Below, in pieces: positions 26,327-32,000 of a DNA stretch of 32,000 bases (its first letter is position 1; each line of letters starts with the position of its first letter). Origin of the DNA: Methylorubrum extorquens (lineage in GTDB: Bacteria; Pseudomonadota; Alphaproteobacteria; Rhizobiales; Beijerinckiaceae). The stretch spans positions 5,460,001 through 5,492,000 of the forward strand of contig LT962688.1 of assembly GCA_900234795.1 (NCBI GenBank). The letters run 5' to 3'. The notes below the pieces were generated by a model. That model worked only from the letters and a program-made list of their open reading frames with translations. It searched no databases and had not been told where the DNA came from. The position numbers were made by a program, and so were the translations under genes.

Positions 26327-26762
26327 ATGAACAAGATCCTTGTCGCAGCTACAGGCATCGTCGCCCTGATCCTGACCAGTGTCACGGCGGACGCGCGCGG
26401 GTTTCGCGGCGGGGGCGGCGGCTTCCGCGGCGGGGGCGGATTCCATGGGGCCGGATTCCGGGGTGGTGGCTTCCGAGGTGGCGGTTACCGCGGGGGGCGA
26501 GTGGCGGGCGGCTATCGCGGTGGATATGGCGGTTACCGTGGCGGCGTGGCGGGCTATCGCGGCGGGTATGGCCGCTACGGCTACAGAGGTGGATACGGCC
26601 GTTACGGCGGGGGGATATGGGCGCTATGGCTACCGCGGTTATGGCCTCGCGGCGGCCGGTGTCGGCGCGGCCGCCGCCTATGGAGCGCACCGCTACTACG
26701 GCGGCGGTTGTGGCGCGTACAGCTACTACGACGCGAACTACGGTGGCTGCGTGCCCTACTGA
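26327..26762 (+). pseudogene. secreted Gly/Arg/Tyr(Phe)-repeat protein with a +1 frameshift (or homopolymer error) at a G6 run
   Basis: ATG 26327 lies 8 nt after AAGGAG. The signal peptide MNKILVAATGIVALILTSVTADA is followed by RGFRGGGGGFRGGGGFHGAGFRGGGFRGGGYRGG..GGYRGGYGGYRGG..GYRGGYGRYGYRGGYGRYGG. At G6 26609-26614 the repeat frame is lost. The natural-looking continuation (G)YGRYGYRGYGLAAAGVGAAAAYGAHRYYGGGCGAYSYYDANYGGCVPY* is in the frame of track ORF 26379..26762. A G5 run would give one ~145-aa ORF. Confidence 0.7.
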
Positions 26763-26916
26763 GCGGTCGCACTATCGTCCTACGGGTGTGACCGCCTTGG
26801 CGTGACCCCGTAACAGCCTCTGTCCTCGGCGTCCTCTTCCAACCTGCCGGATGGGACGCCGGGCCGTGGCCAGAAGCGGTGCCGGAGGAATTCTGGCGTG
26901 TGCTGCGCGGCGGCCG

Positions 26917-27735
26917 TCAGTTGAGCCAGCGAAAGCCCCGCCGTATTCGTTCGTGCCCCGTCCGGCCGCCCTGGAGATGGCTATGGAACAGCCTGTCCAT
27001 GGCATGCGCTGCCAGACCGTACTCGTCCCTGCAGTTCTCCGCCCGTTCCTTCGGTAAGTCGCCGCGCTCGACAAGGTAGCTAAACGCGCGCTGGTCCGAT
27101 CCGTAGGCCAGGCACAGCAGGTTGTAGAGGCGCTGATAAAATAGGCCGTGATCATCCGCGAAGGTGTCTTTCTCCAGCTTGTCCTCTACGCCGTAGCTCG
27201 TGAACAGTGTGGCGCTTCCGGCGATGATCTGCCGGGCCTGCGCCGGTCTCAGGCGCAGCACAACCAGTGCAGCAAACTAGTCGGCGGCGTCCTCCTCGCG
27301 GCCGAGCACGGGCACGTCCAGCAGGTCGAACAGGGCGTGCCCGGTCTCGTGCAAAAAGACCTGCGCGAGCGTGCCGAAAAGCGCGTCGTGATAGGTCACG
27401 CCGGCGGGCAAGGTGGCCCTGTATGCCCGGTCCCGAACATCCTGGATGTATTCGTAGCAGACCGTGACCGAGCGGGTCTTAGGCTCATACCACGCGTTGA
27501 TCTCGCCGTCGCACTCGGACAGGCGCAGGGTCAGGGTCTGCGGGAGCCGGACCATACTGACGATCTCGCGCAAGCCCTCAAGGACGCGGCGTGCCCGCAT
27601 CTCCCGATAGATCTCCTGTGCCTGCGCGGTCTTCGGAACCTGGTAGACGGTCCGGATTGGGCTGCCCGTATCGGCTCGGGAGGTGCTGATCATCAGGATG
27701 AAGGCTAACCCGACGAGGGCAAGCGGCCGTGGCAT
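26917..27735 (-). pseudogene. DUF4344-family putative metallopeptidase interrupted by one in-frame TAG
   Basis: Track ORFs 27277..27828 and 26917..27261 share a frame and are separated by a single TAG (27277-27279): ...VTVCYEYIQD...AQVFLHETGHALFDLLDVPVLGREEDAAD*FAALVVLRL...DDHGLFYQRLYNLLCLAYGSDQRAFSYLVERGDLPKERAENCRDEY. It carries HExxH and the DUF4344 layout. Homologues have Gln at the stop position (from memory), which implies CAG->TAG. The start is ATG 27735 after GGAGG, with signal peptide MPRPLALVGLAFILMISTSRA. Confidence 0.75.
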
Positions 27736-27831
27736 CGTTCCGCCTCCAGGGGTTCGGGGCCTCGGCAACATCGGACAGCACGGACAGCCCTGACCTGACC
27801 TGCGCCCCTGCTCGCGGCCACCGTCCACGGA

Positions 27832-27860
27832 GCCCCGCCCGCTTCAGAGGCGGGCGGGGC
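27832..27860 (-). terminator. GC-rich hairpin, candidate transcription terminator of the Spy/CpxP-like gene (now separated from it by IS630)
   Basis: GCCCCGCCCGC-ttcagag-GCGGGCGGGGC forms a perfect 11-bp stem. Removing the IS630 would place it ~12 nt after the stop of 28914..29429. There is no clear U-tract, so the call is tentative. Confidence 0.4.
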
Positions 27861-27869
27861 GGATCCTTA

Positions 27870-28909
27870 GAGCTGTTCCCGGTCAGGTGGCGACGGCCAA
27901 GTCGTCTTCGTAGCCAGCTGCGGCGAGGTCGTTGCGGCACTCCTGCGGAGTGAAGCGCGTGAATGCCTGGCGGATCGCAGCCCAGAGATCCGGGATCGTG
28001 CGGGCTGCCGCGCTGCGTAGCAGCGCCTTCAGCTTCGCGAAGGCCTGCTCAATCGGGTTGAAATCAGGGCTGTAGGGCGGAAGGTAGAGCAGCCGCGCTC
28101 CTGCGGCCTCGATCGCGTCCTGCACGCCGGCGACATTGTGGGCCGGCAGGTTATCCATAACGACGATGTCGCCCGACTGCAGCACCGGGATCAGGGTCTC
28201 GGTGAGGTAGCTGCGGAAGCGCCTGCCGTTCGTGGGGCCATCCAATAGCGCGGTGGCACACAGCCCGCTGGTGCGCAGGGCGGCGGTGACGGTGGTGGTT
28301 TTGTAGTGGCCCAACGGGGCTGCAAGCCGGCAGCGCTCACCGCACGGAGCCCAACCATAGCGGCGCGCCATGTTGGTGGCAGCCGCCGTCTCATCCAGGA
28401 ACACCAGCCGGTCCGGATCGAGCTCGGGCTGTGCCTCGAACCACGCCTCGCGAGCAGCTCTTGAGTCCGCACGCTCCTGCTCAGCTGCGTACGTTGCCCG
28501 TTTTCCAGCTGATCCCGTGGCGGGCAAAGAAGCGCGACAGGCCGCTCGTGCTGGTCTGGATGCCCTGCTCAGCCAGCCGATCGCGTAACTCGCGCAGGAA
28601 TAGACGCGGCTCCTGCTTGGAGATCCTCAGGATCAGCCCGGCATGCGCCTCTATTCGTTTCGAGGTGTGATCGCCGCCCATCGGCTTGGAGGCGAGTTGG
28701 CCCTCGTAGCGGAAGCGCTCCGACCAGCGGCTGGCGCTCGACACGCTAACCCCGAAGCGGGCTGCGGCGCGATGGCAGGAAGCCCCCGCCGCCACGGCAG
28801 CCACGACACGCTCGCGCAGGTCCACAGACAGGGGTGAAGGCATGAGCAAACTCCTTCACCCACCAACGCGCTACCCGCAAACCCGTCTCAAGCGGCGCGG
28901 GACCGGCTT
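27870..28909 (-). mobile_element. IS630-family insertion sequence
   Basis: Imperfect terminal IRs GAGCTGTTCCCGG (27870) and AAGCCGGTCCCGC (reverse complement, ending 28909). TA lies on both flanks (27868-27869 and 28910-28911), the IS630/Tc1-mariner target duplication. Confidence 0.75.
27883..28849 (-). CDS. IS630 family transposase in two overlapping frames (frameshift required or inactivating)
   Basis: orfA (28481..28849): MLMPSPLSVDLRERVVAAVAAGASCHRAAARFGVSVSSASRWSERFR...LRELRDRLAEQGIQTSTSGLSRFFARHGISWK. orfB (27883..28527): ...ATYAAEQERADSRAAREAWFEAQPELDPDRLVFLDETAAATNMARRYGWAP...VVMDNLPAHN...YLPPYSPDFNPIEQAFAKLK (DDE/D). orfB is +1 relative to orfA at TGGAAAACGGGC (~28503-28514). Confidence 0.8.
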
Positions 28910-28913
28910 TAAC

Positions 28914-29429
28914 TCAGCCCTCGTCGTCGTCGTCGTCCATGAGCTCCTTGCGGCGGTGCTCGGCGGCGTCCCGCAACCCGCCGATGACCCGGGTGACCAC
29001 CACGCGCATCCGGCTCTTCTGATCTGGAGAGAGGGTCTGGTAGAGCGGCTCCCAGGCATCCGCGAGCTTCTTGAGCCCGTTGGCGCGCTCGTCCATGATC
29101 TCGGCCCGCTCTCGGATCAGCCGGAGCGGGTCGGGGTCGGCGCGCTGGGCGGCGGCCCGTCCCTGCAGTTTGGACAGCCGGCTGTAGCGCGCCTCGGCGC
29201 GCGTGCGGATGGCCTCCTCGATGGCCGGCCAGTATTTCTGCTGGTCGGGCGTGAGTTGGAGGGCGGCCTTCACCACACCGATCCGGGCATCAGTCAAGGC
29301 CTTGAAATCGGTCTGGGTCAGCTTCCCAGTGTCGCTGAGCGTGCCGGTGCGGGACACGTCCTCGGCCAAGGCCAACGGGCCTCCGGCGAGGACGAAGACG
29401 GCAGCCATGGCAATCAAGCGCTTCTGCAT
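28914..29429 (-). CDS. Spy/CpxP family periplasmic protein-refolding chaperone-like protein
   Basis: The signal peptide is MQKRLIAMAAVFVLAGGPLALA. There are two LTxxQ-type motifs (LQLTPDQQKYW and QTLSPDQKSRM). The protein is helical and charged with an acidic tail DDDDDEG, encoded by a (TCG)5 repeat at 28921-28935 on the plus strand. Confidence 0.75.
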   Translation of the reverse strand: MQKRLIAMAAVFVLAGGPLALAEDVSRTGTLSDTGKLTQTDFKALTDARIGVVKAALQLTPDQQKYWPAIEEAIRTRAEARYSRLSKLQGRAAAQRADPDPLRLIRERAEIMDERANGLKKLADAWEPLYQTLSPDQKSRMRVVVTRVIGGLRDAAEHRRKELMDDDDDEG

Positions 29430-29508
29430 ATTGACCTCCCATCAGAGAAAAGATTGCTGGTGAACGACAGCGTGGCGTCAGACTTGCTGTCTGATCCAAC
29501 GGACGAGG

Positions 29509-29694
29509 CTAGTAGTGATGGTATCCGTGGCGCCGGTGGACGCGCCGGGCGGTCCTGCGGGCCGACCGGTGCGCCATCCCGACCGCGGTCACGGTCTTGA
29601 TGACCAAGCCACTGGACAGCTGGGCCGCATCAAGGCTGGGCTGGACATTGCCCAGGGGGCCAGCGTGCGAGCCCACGGTCTGGCCAAGCGCCAT
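29509..29694 (-). CDS. small basic His/Arg-tailed hypothetical protein
   Basis: ATG 29694 lies 5 nt after GAGG. 61 aa ending RSARRTARRVHRRHGYHHY. The frame is open further upstream to a much stronger AAGGAGG with only ATC/ATT codons available as starts (see findings). Confidence 0.4.
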   Translation of the reverse strand: MALGQTVGSHAGPLGNVQPSLDAAQLSSGLVIKTVTAVGMAHRSARRTARRVHRRHGYHHY

Positions 29695-29805
29695 CGCTGC
29701 CTCGACACAGAAGCCGGACGAGATACGAAAAGCAATGATTGCCTCCTTGGCCCAAAGCCCTCTTCTGAACTCTAGCGCCCTTCGGCCCGCGTTAGTCTGT
29801 CGTGT

Positions 29806-30195
29806 TCAGTGATAGACGACACGAACCACGCGGCGTGAAGCAAGGTCGATGACTACAGCACGGTCATCAGGGGAGATGTAGTATCCATAGTATCCGACCG
29901 GGTTGAGGCCCGGGACTCCGACATTCTGGAATGAACCGAGGTCAAGCCAATCGGGGATCTGGCTTCCCCGGCCAACGCGTATACCGCTCGGCTCGCCGTA
30001 ACGGGGGCCTGCATCGAACAGGGTTTGGATCGTGCCGGGCTCGTTGCCGGTCATGAGCACGCCCCGTTGGGTGAGCTGCGGGTTGACCTTGATCACCAAC
30101 GGCTCGGCAGAGGCGACTGAGCAGGCAAGGCAGGTTGCCGCTGCCATACCGATCCTTACGAATGTCCGGAACTGGCGCGATGACCGTACAAGCAT
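29806..30195 (-). CDS. DUF1236-like secreted protein
   Basis: Start trimmed to ATG 30195, 6 nt after GGAGGA. The signal peptide is MLVRSSRQFRTFVRIGMAAATCLACSVASA. The C-terminal VGRGSQIPDWLDLGSFQNVGVPGLNPVGYYGYYISPDDRAVVIDLASRRVVRVVY matches the DUF1236 pattern (from memory). Confidence 0.6.
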   Translation of the reverse strand: MLVRSSRQFRTFVRIGMAAATCLACSVASAEPLVIKVNPQLTQRGVLMTGNEPGTIQTLFDAGPRYGEPSGIRVGRGSQIPDWLDLGSFQNVGVPGLNPVGYYGYYISPDDRAVVIDLASRRVVRVVYH

Positions 30196-30495
30196 AGCAT
30201 CCTCCATAGCTTTGCAGTAGATGCAGGGGGCAGCTACAGGAGAGACTATGACACGTGATTCGCGGTCAGACTTGATTGCATGAGACGAAATGATGCCTTG
30301 CATCCTTTGAAGAAGATCGCGCCTGCGCGCTTGCGTTCAAAAAATCCGGCCTCGACTTTGGCCTGCGATACTTTGCGCAGATCGAAATGGTTTCTCTTAT
30401 GCCGCGCGGAGCCCCGCCTGTCAGCAAAGAATAACGTCAGCAGGCGCTAGAGTACTTCCCCCAACCCTGGGCCGACTGAACTTGCGACACGCGTC

Positions 30496-30531
30496 AAAAA
30501 GGCGCCTCAGGAGAGTTCCCGAAGCGCCTTT
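30496..30531 (-). terminator. rho-independent terminator candidate downstream of the porin gene
   Basis: The minus strand reads CAAAGGCGC-ttcgggaactctcctgag-GCGCCTTTTTG: an 8-9-bp stem followed by T5, 60-100 nt after the stop at 30594. The loop is long (18 nt). Confidence 0.5.
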
Positions 30532-30593
30532 GACGAAGCGGTCAGTTGATCGAATGCTGGGGACGCTGAGCCACCTCACGACTGCGTGGATGC

Positions 30594-31505
30594 TCAGTAT
30601 GTCCCGAACTTGTAGTTTACCCCGGCGCGTACCACGGCAAACTCGCTCGTCCGGCGCACCGCCGGCCCGGAGACCAGGCTCACGCCGGGCGAGAACACCG
30701 ACAGCGGCGTGTTGTTGGGCGTGACCGCGAAGACTCCGAAGTTGCGGTTGTCACGCGCGAGGTTCACGTACAGACCCTCGACCCGGAACGTCACCGCAGA
30801 GGCGCGGAAGAAGTTGAGCCAGCTGTCGCTTGCCAGGGCGTACTCGATGCCGCCACCGGCTGCCCAGCCGGTCTGGAAGCTGTTGCTGGTTGTGCTGGGC
30901 AGGCCCAACTCGCGCCCGCCACCGGATCCGTAGGCGAAGCCGCCGGTGCCGTAGATCAACGTCCGATCCCAGGCATAGCCGATGCGACCTCGCACCGTGC
31001 CGAAGAAGTCGAGGGTCGCAATCCCGTTCGGGCTGAACACCAGCGATCCCGGGTTGATGCCGCCGCCAGGCACGGTAGCGAAGGCGAAGCGGTTGCGGTT
31101 GCGTCCGAAGTCGACGTACTGGGCGTCGGCCTCGAAGCCGATCACGAAGCCCGAGCCCGGTGTGAACTGGTAGTTGTAGCCGATCTGGCCACCGCCGGAG
31201 AAGCCGTTCAAGTTGTTGGCGTTGTTGCTGAAGGCGAGGGCTCCAGCCGCCGGTGCACCAGCCCCGGTGATGAACAGGCTGGAGCCGGGGGTGAGGCCGG
31301 GCGCGATGTTGGCCACGGTGGGACGGAGGTTCTCCTGGGCACTGAAGGCATAGCCGAGGTTGAAGCCCGCGTAGAAGCCCGACCAGCTGAAGACCGGCAC
31401 CGGCGTGAAGACCGGGGGCGGCTCGCGTTTGGGCAGATCGGCAGCAGCAGCTGTACCCATTAGAAGCGCTGTGGTCGCGCTAGAGAGAAGTAACTTTCTG
31501 ATCAT
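30594..31505 (-). CDS. outer-membrane beta-barrel protein (Omp25/Omp31/RopB-type porin family)
   Basis: The signal peptide is MIRKLLLSSATTALLMGTAAAADLP. It has FSWSGFYAGFNLGYAF, alternating beta-strand pattern throughout, and the C-terminal signature VRAGVNYKFGTY. Confidence 0.85.
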   Translation of the reverse strand: MIRKLLLSSATTALLMGTAAAADLPKREPPPVFTPVPVFSWSGFYAGFNLGYAFSAQENLRPTVANIAPGLTPGSSLFITGAGAPAAGALAFSNNANNLNGFSGGGQIGYNYQFTPGSGFVIGFEADAQYVDFGRNRNRFAFATVPGGGINPGSLVFSPNGIATLDFFGTVRGRIGYAWDRTLIYGTGGFAYGSGGGRELGLPSTTSNSFQTGWAAGGGIEYALASDSWLNFFRASAVTFRVEGLYVNLARDNRNFGVFAVTPNNTPLSVFSPGVSLVSGPAVRRTSEFAVVRAGVNYKFGTY

Positions 31506-31851
31506 CTGGTCCTGGCCCTCTCTGAGAAACCAAGCCAGAAGGAACGCCTGTTGCGGGCGTATGTACAGTGTGGAGATGCAACACCCACGGACGGAGCTTC
31601 GAAATCTGCGCTCTTCGCACTCGAGGTTGCGCTTTAGTCATATCTGCGGCGCAAAGACAACACTGAATATTTATCATTTGCGAAAGTCCGCATGCCGTTT
31701 CCTAGGATCGTATGGGACAGTAGGGTTGCAATGGGGCGCGTCGGAACAAAAGGCAGGCCCGAAGACCGAGCCGGTGCAGCAGGAGTCCGATCGCCCGGAG
31801 CGGTACCCCCGTCTGTGCTCCGCTTGTTGGCAGGGGACAGCCAGAGGCCGC

Positions 31852-32000
31852 TGACCTGACCGGCTGGCTTTGGACCGGGCTGATTGAGAGGATCAGCCAG
31901 GACCGAAGGAGTCGGACATGCGGCGAGGACAGAAGACGAGCGCGGAGCAGGTCGTTCTGAAGCTGCGGCAGATCGAGGTTCAGATGGTGCAGGGTAAGAG
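31852..32000 (+). mobile_element. left end of an IS3-family element related to the 415-bp mini elements (continues past the window edge)
   Basis: The first 47 nt (TGACCTGACCGGCTGGCTTTGGACCGGGCTGATTGAGAGGATCAGCC) are identical to the IRL of both mini copies. The downstream sequence is diverged. Confidence 0.8.
31918..32000 (+). CDS. IS3-family transposase OrfA, first 27 codons (partial at window edge)
   Basis: ATG 31918 follows AAGGAG. The translation is MRRGQKTSAEQVVLKLRQIEVQMVQGK. It is homologous to MKRGRRPSAEQVVLKLRQIEVQTAQGK of the mini copies, differing at 13 of the 83 visible nucleotides. Confidence 0.75.
   Translation, partial: MRRGQKTSAEQVVLKLRQIEVQMVQGK

Noticed and set aside
24066-26805. 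Track ORFs antisense or out of frame to DUF2254 (24066..24698, 24702..25133, 24704..25390) and the 279-aa ORF 25966..26805
   Set aside because: These are shadow ORFs. 25966..26805 merely reads through the Gly-rich gene region in another frame and its upstream spacer.
27791-27800. Extra occurrence of the IS3 terminal decamer TGACCTGACC, 56 nt upstream of the DUF4344 start
   Set aside because: Only the 10-mer matches and the sequence diverges immediately afterwards (TGCGCCCC...). It could be a chance (TGACC)2 repeat or an unrelated site. The longer 17/19 match at 23312 is kept as a finding instead.
1-32000. Scan for tRNA/rRNA, CRISPR repeat-spacer arrays, reverse transcriptase/retron or DGR signatures, toxin-antitoxin pairs and known defence genes
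   Set aside because: Nothing I read on either strand fits. There are no regularly spaced direct repeats and no tRNA-like T-arm or acceptor motifs. There are no RT, nuclease-helicase, STAND/NTPase or similar ORFs. All large ORFs are accounted for by the features listed.

Overview
This is high-GC DNA of alphaproteobacterial (Rhizobiales-like) character. The taxon call is inferred from protein families only: an Omp25/31-type porin, a CoxMNOP-like oxidase, DUF2189, DUF1236 and DUF4344. The window reads as an IS-riddled accessory region. Ten IS-derived segments from about six families make up roughly 21% of it: IS481, four IS3 pieces, an IS1182-like scrap, two IS5/IS427 copies, ISL3 and IS630.

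The cargo between the IS elements falls into five groups.
1. A SAM-methyltransferase plus homocysteine S-methyltransferase pair (0.9-2.6 kb).
2. An alternative heme-copper cytochrome c oxidase cluster (3.3-8.6 kb): DUF2189, subunit II, subunit I, a short subunit-III paralogue, subunit III and subunit IV. It is bracketed by two inverted copies of a 415-bp miniature IS3 derivative.
3. A patchy lower-GC stretch (10.8-20.7 kb). It holds an M23 peptidase, an L,D-transpeptidase and an RlpA-like protein, interspersed with small secreted or membrane proteins and a stand-alone BLUF photoreceptor.
4. DUF421, DUF2254, a secreted Gly/Arg/Tyr-repeat protein and a DUF4344 metallopeptidase-like gene (23.3-27.7 kb).
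5. An envelope module (28.9-31.5 kb): a Spy/CpxP-like chaperone, a small basic protein, DUF1236 and a beta-barrel porin.

Many genes are broken.
- Four +1 frameshifts sit exactly in 6-nt homopolymers: two in subunit I, one in the L,D-transpeptidase and one in the Gly-rich protein.
- There are in-frame nonsense codons in DUF4344 and in one IS5 copy.
- Several genes are truncated at IS scars.

I saw no rRNA, tRNA or CRISPR array, and no recognisable defence, secretion or biosynthetic system. The signals most worth follow-up are the propagated miniature IS3 element and its composite-like bracketing of the oxidase cluster, the recurrent hexamer frameshifts (which may be artefacts rather than decay), and a G9 tract inside the M23 peptidase gene.
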